Positions 35,678-48,509 of a stretch of 48,509 nt of DNA are shown in pieces. Source of the stretch: Octopus bimaculoides (taxonomy: Eukaryota). Position numbers and translations under genes: made by a program. Numbering within the stretch: position 1 is the first letter of the stretch; each line of letters begins with the position of its first letter. The stretch covers positions 50,291,995 to 50,340,503 of the forward strand of contig NC_068998.1 in assembly GCF_001194135.2 (NCBI RefSeq). Direction: 5' to 3'. Under the pieces are notes generated by a model that made no database searches, had not been told where the DNA came from, and saw nothing but the letters and a program-made list of their open reading frames with translations.

Positions 35678-36192
35678 CAATATAATTATACAAACTAAAA
35701 TCGGCAATCAGGCACAGTTATTTCCCAGCTCACAATATTTATTGTAACCAACTTTAAGCAGCGTTACTAAGTTGTCATAGGCTATCTTTTTGTTCTGACT
35801 TTCTGTAAATGGAAATCATATATGAGCAGCAAGGTATGTGCTGAAAACTTTTCTTCAAGTTCGGGTAAATATGTTTATAGTAAATATAGAAAGTAAATAT
35901 CAAGTTCAGTTACGATGTTTATGAAGAACTGAACCTAAGGGTACGCAAAACTTAGCGTTGGCTCTCTCTTGGTGACAATGAAATATAAGATTACTTAGGT
36001 TATGGCCTCCGGCCTTCGGAATTTGAGAAGATCGAAAATATACATACATCCACAAATACACACACGCACATACACACGAAAACACACACACACACACACA
36101 AATACGCACATATAATCATTTCCAGACACCTTTCTAACACGACTTATCGCTGTGTGATTTAAAGACATGATTGTTGTTGTGTCTCTATACGC

Positions 36193-36230
<38 letters not shown>

Positions 36231-36755
36231 GTTTATATATGTGCGTACATGTTTATATANNNNNNNNNNNNNNNNNNNNNNNNNNNNNNNNNNNNNNNNN
36301 NNNNNNNNNNNNNNNNNNNNNNNNNNNNNNATATATATATATATATACACATGCATATATGGGTACCGGACGTCACCAACTGTGCATGATATGCATAAAC
36401 GAACGAGGGAAAAACGAGGGAAATATGTAAACAATATGTAAAAATAGAGAACAGGACAAGTTAACATATATAGCAAAAATGCTAGTTTTAAAATCTATGT
36501 AACAGATCAACGCAGTAGTTGTTCTGAGATGTAATATTCGTAACGGACAACCATGTAAGAGTGGATATGAATATTACTTATGTTTATATATATATTTCGT
36601 TTTTTATGTGGTTTGCAAAATTCTTTTTGTGAATTCGTGTGTTGAAGCATATTTTATTATAAAGAACTGAAACGACATCAGGAACAGCACCAAAAAGTAA
36701 TTTTGATAGGAATATCTTGATTGAAAAAACAGGAAAATACCACTAGCCACACACG

Positions 36756-36802
<47 letters not shown>

Positions 36803-36884
36803 ACACACTATACATATATGTATGAATTTCTGTGTATCATTTTGTGTTTGTTACTCTCCATTTCTTTTCAAGCAACCAGCCTTG

Positions 36885-37010
36885 GTTTGTTTATGATCCC
36901 GTAATATAGGGGCCGGCGCAAAGAGACTATTGGAATAAGTACCAGAACTTTTTTTCAAAAAGTGACATTTGCACAGATTTATTCGAAATATAACGCCATG
37001 CTGAAACATG
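36885..37010 (+). mobile_element. Diverged SINE family A body
   Basis: ttggtttgtttatgatcccgtaatataggggccggcgcaaagagactattggaataagtacc...ccatgctgaaacatgg. Confidence 0.55.
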
Positions 37011-37902
37011 GCGGAAGTCCAGGAACTGTAAAAAAAAAGAAAAAAAAAACGAAAAAAACAACAACTGAAACAATAAACCTATTGTTTGCACTACTTTCGC
37101 AATATGCTTTCCCTTCCTCGTGTGTCTCACTTATATTTCAACAATTCCCAACATCTAACGAACTATTTGGATTTTAACACGTTGCGGATAGCTTTTTAAT
37201 TCCAGAGTGAAAAAAACAAACAAACAAATAAACATTTAATGTGTGGTTGTAACAAAACACTTGTAGCATATGCTTAATCTCAGTACTTGAATATATCTTT
37301 TTATCGCATTCATTTATGCCGCTATCGTTCTCCTTTCCCTGCTGTTTCAATAACTATTGAACGTGACGCTCTATAGCCTTTTGTTGTGTTATGTTCTGAA
37401 AGTCTGCCAATTTTTCAAAACCACTGTGAATTTTTGTAGTCTTTTTCTTCAAGTATCATAAATAAATCGCCTTTCTTATATTTTGTATTCATAGCAAATA
37501 TCCACTGTGACAGGTGCGTACCTATTTGTATTGCAACCTCCCTGTTACCTTCACCGTTCTCTTGATCTCTAGCTATATATACATGCACATAGATAATTAT
37601 ATGTTTGTGCGTATGCATATCGTTTATATGGTTCGCTTATACACAATAACTATGCCTGTAAGCATACAGATATGTGTACGTGTATATATATATATATATA
37701 TATATATATNNNNNNNNNNNNNNNNNNNNNNNNNNNNNNNNNNNNNNNNNNNNNNNNNNNNNNNNNNNNNNNNNNNNNNNNNNNNNNNNNNNNNNNNNNN
37801 NNNNNNNNNNNNNNNNNNNNNNNNNNNNNNNNNNNNNNNNNNNNNNNNNNNNNNNNNNNNNNNNNNNNNNNNNNNNNNNNNNNNNNNNNNNNNNNNNNNN
37901 NN

Positions 37903-37933
<31 letters not shown>

Positions 37934-38179
37934 ATGTATATATATTCATACATATACATATGAATATACTTATGGATGCGTATGTATATATATGTATGTA
38001 TATATGCTTTTCACATGAAATAGCTTAGCATAGACGTGAATGTGTAGGAGATGAACTTAAGCTTAGAGCATTGATACCGTAATTTAGAATATAGACACAA
38101 CTTCAGCGGAAGTGTTTAGCCTACTATGTGGCCTATGTCATTGCGTAATCGCTGCTAATACTATTACTTTCCTATTCTA

Positions 38180-38372
38180 GGCACAAGGTCCGAAATTTTT
38201 GGGGAAGGGGCCAGTAGACTAGATCGACCACGTTACGCAATTGGAACTTAATTTATCGACTCCGAAAGGATGAAAACCAAAGTCGATTTCGGTGAAATTT
38301 GAAATTAGAACATAAAATCCTACGAAATATGCTAAGTATTTTGCCCGGCGTGCTAATGTTTCTGCCAGCTCA
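38180..38372 (-). mobile_element. SINE family B
   Basis: atttatcgactccgaaaggatgaaaaccaaagtcgatttcggtgaaatttgaaattagaac...ttgcccggcgtgctaatgtttctgccagctc. Confidence 0.75.
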
Positions 38373-40169
38373 ATACCTTACCACACCTAATGCTAATATT
38401 ATGACAACTAATTCAATGTGACGAATTGAAATTAGAACACCCGAATAGAAAATTCGAAGTATTTACTTGTAACTTTCGTGTTTGTATATCAGTTCTTTTC
38501 TAGACATTGTAATAATTGTCCTTCGAAAATGCAACACTTAACTATTTCTATGAAACGTAACTATAGACATTAAGGAAATATTCACAGACATTATGATTAA
38601 AGCTACAGCTTTGGAGAAATTTCCCTGCTGCGATATATTAATTCTTTCTGATCACGAAGTAATCCAAGATGTAATTGATAAACCATGGGAATATGAGAAT
38701 TTACAGGCTGTGCTGTTATAGAGATATTTGTTATTAATGTCTGGGAATTTCGAAATTCAGAGGCATTGCAACCTGAGCACTTTGTTTAAAACGTATAATG
38801 CATACATTGTATGAAATGTTGACTCAACGCCAAATCAATAAATGGAATCGTAGTTATGCTTAAAACTAAACATCGTTCTCAGGTTTCAGTAAAACAAGAA
38901 AAGAAACACCAATAATTCCAGCATAAAACCACAAAAATGTTATCATTGCTTTCATGTTTGAACCAAATGTGTTTCATGTAAGTGAATGGAAATGTGCCAT
39001 TTGTGATTGTGAAGGTATCGTTTTGGTATGAATTTCCTTTACAGTGATTACGTGCAACAAATAATACATCCCGTCGTATCATATATTTTGATCTGATCTC
39101 AGAAGGTTAAATGCGAAGGAAAAGAGTTGAACGGAATTAGAAGTAGAATGGAACAACAACAACAACAACAAAAATCATTAAAACTGAGGGAGACGTGCAA
39201 TTTGTTTTTTCTGGAATGTTCATCGTAAACTATATTGACAATCACGCCTATCACATCAGATTGCGTGCGGTGATCATCACTTTAAGTCGTATTGGTTTAC
39301 CTGTATCTTCTTTCTGCTTTATTAAGCATTTCCGTCACAATTTCCTGAATAGTTTAACTATTATGAGTTATTCACCAGCATGCTGTAGTTTAATATAATC
39401 TAATTTCCCCCTTTATTTATTTATTTTTTAGTTTAGTATAAATCTCAATTTCTATAGCTATGAAATAGAATACATATGAGAAATTTCAGATAGGTGAAAA
39501 ATAATAACGAAAAGAGAAATGAAAATATTGACAATAATTTAGAGATAAAAAAACAGCAACCAGAGATAGTATTTCTTTGCAAAGAACGATTTTAATGTTT
39601 ATGAGAGACTCTTTAGATTAAATATTCAAACTGAATTAACTATGCAAATACGAAACATTCAAGTTACAAAAAAATATGTTCGAAGTTTATTGATTCAGCG
39701 TTCGAAAAAAATACTGTGTGTATTCTATATTAATTTATATTTTGTTCATATTTTCTTCACTAAACAGGACAGATTCGCTCATCTCAAGCAGCCAAGTTAT
39801 TTTCATTTTTTTCGTTTCATGTTGCTATAGGCAAGTCAATACAAAAAAAAACAGGAGTACTGCTGCTGTTGCTGTCGTTGATGATGATGATGATGATGAT
39901 GACGTCGACGACGACGACGATAATATTATTTTCTTTTGTAATTGCCTGGAGTGTCTTCCATACATAATGAATAATTTGTACATAGAAGATCGAAACTTAT
40001 TTGAATGTACAAAACAAATTTAAACTAAAAAGTTAGAGGAGCATCAGAAATACTAATATAGTATTTCTGATACTCCTCTTGTTTTTGGATAAATTTGTTT
40101 TGTACAAGTTACAATAACAATGTGGGCGTATTCAATATTTTGATATGCATTAGCAACAGAATATTTTAT

Positions 40170-40212
40170 GATAATGATAATAATAATAATAACAACGACA
40201 ATAATAATAATA

Positions 40213-40280
<68 letters not shown>

Positions 40281-40375
40281 AAGAAGAAGAAGAAGAAGAA
40301 GAAGAAGAACAACAACAACAACAACAACCACAACAACAACAACAACAACCACAGAAACAACAACAACAACAACAA
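40170..40375. repeat. Compound trinucleotide array (AAT)n(AAG)n(AAC)n
   Basis: Directly visible. It is the source of the poly-N/K/I/R ORFs. Confidence 0.95.
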
Positions 40376-40525
40376 GAATACTGCACACATCCTACGCAAA
40401 ACACTTTCAATACAGTAACCATTAGAGCATCACAGCAAACCACAGCACATACCCAAGGCACACGGAGTTGCACTCGGTAGTAAAGTGAAAGCACGTTATA
40501 AAAATAAAATTACTGAACAATAATA

Positions 40526-40593
<68 letters not shown>

Positions 40594-40630
40594 TATAACA
40601 ATAATAATGATAATAATAATAATAATAATA
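40376..40630 (+). mobile_element. 5'-truncated R4/Dong-like LINE 3' end with (AAT)n tail
   Basis: TAHILRKTLSIQ* terminus (compare GTAKILRR at 27.2 kb), then a 3' UTR and a long (AAT)n tail at 40516-40630. Confidence 0.65.
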
Positions 40631-40684
40631 GAAAAATAAATTGAATACCCACATTCAGTGGTGTTGTATTTTGACACAGTCATA

Positions 40685-40870
40685 AAAGAAATCAAGAAGG
40701 AAAAAAATGTACAAACATCTCGGAATAAATGCGAGCTCTGGCATTCAAAATGCAGCCATGAAAGACAGGATCAGGAAGGAATGTTTGAGGAGATTTCGAG
40801 CAGTCAGATTTAAATGCACGTAACAAGGTTAGCTATAGATTCCTCAGCATTTCCGGTTGTTATTTACGTC
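40685..40870 (+). mobile_element. Decayed R4/Dong-like RT C-terminal fragment
   Basis: YKHLGINASSGIQNAAMKDRIRKECLRRFRA..DLNARNKV..IDSSAFPVVIY matches the YKYLG...MK..I.KEY.RR...LNA.NK..AIN..A.PV..Y pattern. Confidence 0.65.
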
Positions 40871-41984
40871 CATGTTACATAACGCTTCGGCAAAATTCCT
40901 ACAGCACAAGTGCCTGGTTTAAAAAAATACATGAAGCACTGCGGTCGATGCTTTCAATTAAACACTTTCCAAGTAGCGCTCAAGCTTGGCCACAGTCTAA
41001 ATGCTTCAACCAATCAAAATATAAAGATAAAAAAAAAATTGATGGCAAGCGGTAACACATTGAGCATCTTATTGTTTATAATGCACACTGTATAAAATGA
41101 AAACAGAAAAATGTTGCTCAAGGCTTACGATATCAAAAGATGTTAAAAGATGATAATGTAAGATTTACGGAAGCTTTATCTCTTAAAACTAGCAGATCGA
41201 TCGATATCATAGCGGATATCTCATCGATTCGTCTTGTGAAATTAATGTATCGATCTTTGGAGAGAGTAACTGGAGAGGACTTCTTTATATCTGCTTTAAT
41301 ATCATTAATGAAAGATAAAATTATCCGAGCTAACTCAAGACACGAAAACAAGTAATATCTATATATACAATGTATATTACATATGTATAATGTCTATTGC
41401 TTCGGTTACTTAACTTTGTACTACAATCAAGATAAATTAGTACAGAATGGTAATGTCTTATTATTGCAGATAATTATTCATAATTTACGTAAGATTCCAC
41501 AAGTATTCTTCTCTACTACAATCAAAGTTAGCGTAAAAACATTTCACTAACAATTTACATTAATTCTTTTTCGTGCAAACGTGAAGACGAAGTCGTAACG
41601 TATTCGACATTGTCTAGCGAGCCCATGGCTCTCAGTTTGTTGTTATATCTGGTGATATTAATCAAGTACAGTTCAAAGCGACAGGCATTCGTGTAACATA
41701 CCTCAAATCGAATTCTTTTACAAAGCTTGCACCAAACCAATACTATGATAGAAGGCATTTTCCCATGGTAAAAATCTGGAGTTGTTTCTATAATGAGCTT
41801 CTATTGATAAAACACTCGGCATGTATGACCGACATCCATTAATAGACATTTCGTTTGTTGGTAATATTTGATTTTGTATCAACAGTGAAATGCAAAATCA
41901 TTTCCACAATTAATATCTTCCTATTCATATAAAACGATTGAATGCATACACAAAATTATATTTTTCACGGACACAAGCGTAGCC

Positions 41985-42080
41985 TTTTGTTTATTTGTTT
42001 GCGTCTTTCATTGTTTGTTTGTGCCTTTCTTGTTTGTTTGCGTCTTTCATTGTTTGTTTGTGTCTTTCTTGTTTGTTTGT
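41985..42080. repeat. Minisatellite with ~20-nt unit tgtttgtttgYgYctttcWt
   Basis: About 4-5 imperfect tandem units are visible. Confidence 0.8.
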
Positions 42081-42482
42081 GTCCGTGTTTGTTTAAATTG
42101 AAATAGATAAGAAAATAATATTAAGATTGCAGACATTTTCAGCGCTCTGTCGTAGATTTCTGAAGCAGAAATCCAAAATAGCATACTAGGTATGTTATCA
42201 AGATGACCAAAGGAGGCAGTATTAAAACAGATCAAAGAAGTTGAACTCAAAATAGAGATAAGTCGAAAGATGTTGGGAAAATCTGTTGTTGGGAAAATCG
42301 TTTGTATACATTCATCTTGTATTGAAATAACTGCCGATTCTTACCGAAGAAAAAATCGTTTTGATTCAATTGGCTTCAATGAAAGTGGATTAAAATATAA
42401 TCATTTGGGATTTGCTTGGTTTCCAGAAACCAATTCATGGATGAAAGTAAAAGGTAAAATAAAACAAATATTAAAATTAATT

Positions 42483-42863
42483 ACTAGAAAAGCACTCGGA
42501 GAGCGCAGAGCTCCGCCAAATTAATTTTAAGATAGATACGCAAGTAAAATTACTAACAGAGAAACGAAAATAAACTTTGGAAATAGCAACGCCACCATAG
42601 GTTACGTGGAAACGATAAACGTGTTTTCAAGGCAGATAATAAAAGAACATAACATTGTAATACTTCATGTACAGAAAATATAACAAATGAAAAATCCTTC
42701 AAGAATCCATAAAAAAATTCCGGATCACTTTCAAAATTTCATCATCTGTTCCTTCAAGTTACATCAAATACCGTTCACAACTTTTTGAGTTATTTTGCAT
42801 ATAGGCGGACAGACGGACAAACTACTCCGATGAAAACATAACTTCCTTCCTTGGCGGAGGTAA
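42483..42863 (+). mobile_element. Non-autonomous Helentron/DINE-like element
   Basis: Start actagaaaagcactcggagagcgcagagctccgccaa and end cggacagacggacaaac...aaaacataacttccttccttggcggaggtaa, with subterminal inverted repeats ctccgccaa (42511-42519) / ttggcggag (42851-42859). Confidence 0.55.
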
Positions 42864-43844
42864 TAATTNNNNNNNNNNNNNNNNNNNNNNNNNNNNNNNN
42901 NNNNNNNNNNNNNNNNNNNNNNNNNNNNNNNNNNNNNNNNNNNNNNNNNNNNNNNNNNNNNNNNNNNNNNNNNNNNNNNNNNNNNNNNNNNNNNNNNNNN
43001 NNNNNNNNNNNNNNNNNNNNNNNNNNNNNNNNNNNNNNNNNNNNNNNNNNNNNNNNNNNNNNNNNNNNNNNNNNNNNNNNNNNNNNNNNNNNNNNNNNNN
43101 NNNNNNNNNNNNNNNNNNNNNNNNNNNNNNNNNNNNNNNNNNNNNNNNNNNNNNNNNNNNNNNNNNNNNNNNNNNNNNNNNNNNNNNNNNNNNNNNNNNN
43201 NNNNNNNNNNNNNNNNNNNNNNNNNNNNNNNNNNNNNNNNNNNNNNNNNNNNNNNNNNNNNNNNNNNNNNNNNNNNNNNNNNNNNNNNNNNNNNNNNNNN
43301 NNNNNNNNNNNNNNNNNNNNNNNNNNNNNNNNNNNNNNNNNNNNNNNNNNNNNNNNNNNNNNNNNNNNNNNNNNNNNNNNNNNNNNNNNNNNNNNNNNNN
43401 NNNNNNNNNNNNNNNNNNNNNNNNNNNNNNNNNNNNNNNNNNNNNNNNNNNNNNNNNNNNNNNNNNNNNNNNNNNNNNNNNNNNNNNNNNNNNNNNNNNN
43501 NNNNNNNNNNNNNNNNNNNNNNNNNNNNNNNNNNNNNNNNNNNNNNNNNNNNNNNNNNNNNNNNNNNNNNNNNNNNNNNNNNNNNNNNNNNNNNNNNNNN
43601 NNNNNNNNNNNNNNNNNNNNNNNNNNNNNNNNNNNNNNNNNNNNNNNNNNNNNNNNNNNNNNNNNNNNNNNNNNNNNNNNNNNNNNNNNNNNNNNNNNNN
43701 NNNNNNNNNNNNNNNNNNNNNNNNNNNNNNNNNNNNNNNNNNNNNNNNNNNNNNNNNNNNNNNNNNNNNNNNNNNNNNNNNNNNNNNNNNNNNNNNNNNN
43801 NNNNNNNNNNNNNNNNNNNNNNNNNNNNNNNNNNATATATATAC

Positions 43845-43876
<32 letters not shown>

Positions 43877-44697
43877 CTGTGTGTGTGTCTGTGTATGTGT
43901 GTGTGTGTGTGTATATATTTCTCTCTGTTTTCATTTAATTCCTGCAGGCATCTGTATTATAGAACATATTTTCATTTTTTTCTACCATTCGTTTCATTTT
44001 ACTTACAGACATCTTATGAAAGCAATTATATATGCAACTCTCACTAACCATTGTTGTGGTTATGCAAATGAACAACTGTTAGTTTTCGGTCGCTTTCGAT
44101 ATTATAATTATAGTTATTGGAATTATGAAATAAGGCAGAAAAAAATCTGAGATTTTACTAGAAAAAAAAAAATCCATTGTCGCCATGAACACACCGAAAT
44201 ATGCCGAACACGTTAAGCAATCATATTCTGCTTCTTTTCGTACGAATACTGTTGTATACATATACGTAGAAAATTAGTGCACAAAATCACAATTTGGTAT
44301 TCGAAATGATATTTATACCACGGACCTGACATATTTTAAAAATCATATTCCATAGTTATAGTGGCGATTTCATTGCTATTAAATTTATATCCTCCATTTA
44401 CATCTCCGGTTGTGCTCTAAACCAGAGATTTATGTGTACGCCCGGCTTTGTATATGTGTGTGTATGTGTGTGTGTGATTGCATCAAAGTATATATGTATA
44501 AAGATATATGTTTGAGTGCAAATATATGTGCGGGAGAGGGTGTATGAATAGATAGATACATAGGTAAATAGATAGGCAGGTAGGTAAGTAGGTAGGTAAG
44601 TAGGTAGGTATGTAGGTAGATAGACAGATAGACAGATAGAACATTGCATGTATTGGATTTCCTACAATAATCATACGCATATAAATAAATAAATATT

Positions 44698-44751
<54 letters not shown>

Positions 44752-44924
44752 TCTGTGTGTACCTGTGTGTAAACAATCACTGTGCATATTCGCTTCTCTG
44801 TAATATCGATTTGAGTAATCTCCGATAAATGAGAGGAAGAGGAAGGGGAATTGAAAGCAGATTTGAAAGAATATCCATTTGAATGAGGGACAGCATGACT
44901 TCCATTAAAATTCTGATTCGGTGA

Positions 44925-45205
44925 GATGTAAGTCGATTACATTGACCCAGTGTTCCACTGGTACTTGTGTCCTGAAACTTATGGTTAAATATCGGTTTCA
45001 ATTATTCGCACATGGTGAACAATTTCGGAGGAATTTGGTAAGTCAGTTGTGCCGATCCAAGAGTTCAACCGGCACTTATTTTATCGAATCCGAAAGGATG
45101 ACAGGCAAAGTCGACCTCAGCGGAATTTTAACTCAGAACGTAAAAACAGACGAAATGCCGCTAAGTACTATGCACGGCGTGGTAACGATTCTACCAGCTC
45201 GCTGC
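44925..45205 (-). mobile_element. SINE family B, two partial segments
   Basis: taagtcgattacattgacccagtgttccactggtact and ttatcgaatccgaaaggatgacaggcaaagtcgacctcagcggaattttaactcagaacg...ctaccagctcgc. Confidence 0.8.
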
Positions 45206-45356
45206 ATTCCACACCGGACATAATATCATAAACGACATATCACTTGCAATGTAACTTGTCAAACATCTGCATAAACGCCCCAACTGCACACATACACACA
45301 TAAACTCACACACCTACACACACTCGTGTACATTTACAAACACAAACACACACCTA

Positions 45357-45447
45357 CACAGACAAGTAACTACACACACAAGTAACTACACACAGACAAG
45401 TAACTACACACATAGGAACTACACACATAAGTAACTACACACACACA
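45357..45447. repeat. Minisatellite with unit ~acaagtaactacacac
   Basis: About 5 imperfect tandem copies are visible. Confidence 0.85.
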
Positions 45448-46198
45448 GAAATACTCTCACAAGTACCAATATACTTCTGCTTCTCCTCAAGAACCAAATG
45501 TGATTTTAATTATCAAATTACACATTAGAGATCATTAGAACGCATCAATACTCACCACAGTTAATGATATGACAGCAATGATAGGCGTGGGAGTCTCGTG
45601 TTTGGTTGATATCGTAACACTTAGAAAAGTCATAGACAGAATCATATTCTTTATTAGCCTGAGGGCAAAAGTATAATTTTGTCGTAGTATGTTTATGATG
45701 GGATGCAGATAATGAATCTAACCCCTCCAGATACTTCATAGTGCTCTGCAATGATAGTCCGTTCACAGCGTACTATCTGTATCAGCGGCCTTTAACCAAT
45801 TCATTATGATTTATTACTTCGATTTTCTATCATTTATTTCTGTCTTCATCTTCTTGAATAACAATCTACTTGTTAACTCATGTGCAAGCACACGAATATG
45901 GAGAACGTTGTTCACACACATACAAACACACACACATAAATACACGCACAAATACACACACGCATATATATATATATATATATATATATGAGATTTTTTT
46001 CATTACCCACTGTAGTCTAAACANNNNNNNNNNATATATATATATATATAAATATATATATATACAAATCTATATATATACATACATGTGTATGTGTACG
46101 CGCGTGAGTGTATATCCATGTATGCACATAGATATTTATCTATGAGCGTATTCGTGCTTGCAATTTATATGCATATATATATATATATATATATATAT

Positions 46199-46428
46199 GA
46201 GATTTTTTTCATTACCCACTGTAGTCTAAACATAGGGGGAACAAATAAGGACAGACAAAAGGATTAAGTCGACTACAGCGACCCCAGTGCGTAACTGTTA
46301 CTTATCTAATCGACCCGAAAGGATGAAATGCAAAGTCGACCTCGATGGAATTCGAACTCAGAACGTAACAGCAAACGAAATACCTATAAACGTTTTGCCC
46401 GACATGCTAACGATTCTGCCAGCTCGCC
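46199..46428 (-). mobile_element. Near full-length SINE family B
   Basis: cattacccactg..ggacagacaaaaggattaagtcgac..gaccccagtgcgtaactg..gaaaggatgaaatgcaaagtcgacctcg..gctaacgattctgccagctcgccc. Confidence 0.85.
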
Positions 46429-47322
46429 CCTCTAATTGTAACATGAATGATACTTCACAAAACATTTGCGGTTTTTTACGCTGTATTTTTTTCCACCTAT
46501 ATTCTCATCGTACATTTTTAATATTTTATATAATTTTTATTTCTTTCTACGCATTATTTTCTCACATACACAACCGCATAAATTTGTATGCTCAATTTTT
46601 AAAATATATTTCTAATTTGGTAAAAGTTTATACAATTTTTGTGCGTAACCGTTCTGTATTGTTTTTGGAATATTATCCTAGATTATTATCTGTGATATGG
46701 CGGTAATTTTGGGGGTGTATATTTGCCAACATAGTCCAGCAATCAAAACTATATTATAATTCTATATGATAGTAGTCGATATTTACGCTGGTTGGTAGGC
46801 TGGTTGATTTCGCCACTCAGACGTGACATTATATAGAGTGAGTGGGTGAGAGAGTGTGAAGGGGAGAGAGAGTTTAAAAAAGAGATACAAGTGGAAATTT
46901 TACCGGTGAGTGTGTTACATTATAAGGCACCAAAAGAGAATGACTCTCTCCGAACACAACATAATGTAAGATGTTAAGATCGATAAAGAAGCGCTGACAT
47001 TGACAAGCAGTGGTTGGGTGGGAGTAAATATCACGAAGAGGTGCTGTAAATCTCCTGGCTTTGGGAAACAGAAAATACAGGAATATCAGCCAACTATGTT
47101 TTTATTCAGCGTATTCCCCTCCCAGAATCATACACTCATTGCAGCGCTCCTTCAGTTTTTCTAAGCCCTGTAAAATAACACGGACTTTTGGGCCTCAAAT
47201 GAGAAACTATCGTGAAATTTTCTGCACTCTCTTGTATCTATGCATGTATATATGTACGTACCTGACCGTATATAAAATACCAAGGAAATATATGTCTACT
47301 GTAATATATTTATATTTATACA

Positions 47323-47392
<70 letters not shown>

Positions 47393-47415
47393 CTATCTAT
47401 TTATCTATATATATG

Positions 47416-47455
<40 letters not shown>

Positions 47456-47524
47456 NNNNNNNNNNNNNNNNNNNNNNNNNNNNNNNNNNNNNNNNNNNNN
47501 NNNNNNNNNNNNNNNNNNNNNNNN

Positions 47525-47573
<49 letters not shown>

Positions 47574-47863
47574 GTCACATTGTTATATGTCTGTAGGGTC
47601 ATGGCAATTACATACATTGAACATACTATATGATTATTCTGTATTTCAGGAAGTAAGTGCAATTAAATTTATCTCGTTTATCTTGACCAGATGACTAAGT
47701 TCATAGTGCTTTATGAACGTTCTGCCTAATTGTGATTTTCCTTCCTCATTTTCTGAAAAGGAAGCTAGAACGTTTCATATAATTCTATGTAAACCAATCT
47801 TGAACTTAGAAGTGCAGATGTATGTATTTTCTGTGCATTATAATACTTTTCATTGTAATATCT

Positions 47864-47894
<31 letters not shown>

Positions 47895-48458
47895 GCACAA
47901 GTATGATATCTTTCTTACTGATTAAACTCTGATCCGCCCCCTAAAATGAAGTCCGGTCAACAATGGTGTCCTACCATTGGACATTCTTTAATTTCTCGAT
48001 ACATCATTCAGAAGAACAGCACGAATTTCTATGTGTGCGAGACACTGTCCTTGAGTACGTTTGCGCTTGCGTGTGCAACAGTGAATACCTATATATATAT
48101 ATATAGGTATTTGTGAGTGTGAGCGTCTGTGCGTGTATGTGTGTGTGCGTGTTTGAGGCGCTTTGTGTGTGTCTATATAGATAGAAAGATAAACACAAAC
48201 ATACATAAACACATACTTTAACAACTCACACACATATACATGTAACCATATATAGGTACACATTTATATATGAATGTGCATACATAGATACATACAAACT
48301 CACGCATATACGCATATATATATATATATATGTTTGTGTGTGAGTCTGTGTGTGTATGCATACATATGTACATTATACATGTATATATATATATATCTAC
48401 ATCTAACTCCTTTCCTCTCCATGGATGTCTTCGTGTATTTAACCACCCGTATATATAC

Positions 48459-48509
<51 letters not shown>

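Noticed and set aside
38900-38960. MKAMITFLWFYAG, resembling a family exon 1
   Set aside because: No GT donor after 37 nt and no TATA/E-box at the expected position.
41555-41758. ORF with AMG-x13-RLH, the same spacing as the spliced A/B junction (possible retrocopy)
   Set aside because: No nucleotide similarity between the motifs and the module cysteines are missing. Treated as coincidence.
45357-45447. Short direct repeats as a CRISPR-like array
   Set aside because: Eukaryotic context, no unique spacers and no cas genes. A simple minisatellite.
1808-48472. Dozens of ORF-track entries rich in YI, CV, HT, FLSF, poly-N/K/I or X
   Set aside because: They are translations of (TA)n, (TG)n, (AAAG)n and trinucleotide microsatellites or N gaps, not genes.

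Overview
AT-rich, microsatellite-dense eukaryotic draft-assembly sequence with many N gaps. The SINE and LINE repertoire points to an octopod cephalopod (Octopus-like); this is inferred from recalled repeat consensus sequences. Most ORFs in the supplied track are microsatellite or repeat artefacts. The real genes are spliced and invisible to that track. The left half (1-25.1 kb) holds a tandem, minus-strand cluster of small secreted cysteine-rich protein genes, reconstructed by hand from GT-AG sites and conserved exon lengths and phases. Gene G3 (CDS 24972->18126, 80 aa) has one C-x7-C-x16-C-x8-C-x7-C-x11-C module. Gene G2 (CDS 14340->7798, 147 aa) has two such modules. Only the signal-peptide exon of G1 (987->948) lies in the window, followed by a decayed extra copy of that exon (535->500). 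All three genes share a TATATAAGA box with a TGARCAYCTG E-box 16-20 nt upstream. G2 and G3 also share a stop codon in the penultimate exon and an apparently non-coding terminal exon. I do not recognise the family; the module loosely recalls neuritin/DUF19-type helical Cys domains. The right half (25-48.5 kb) is mostly intergenic: tRNA-derived SINEs, R4/Dong-like LINE fragments, a Tc1/mariner scrap, a Helentron-like element, hairpins and a few orphan exon-like or ORF-like segments.
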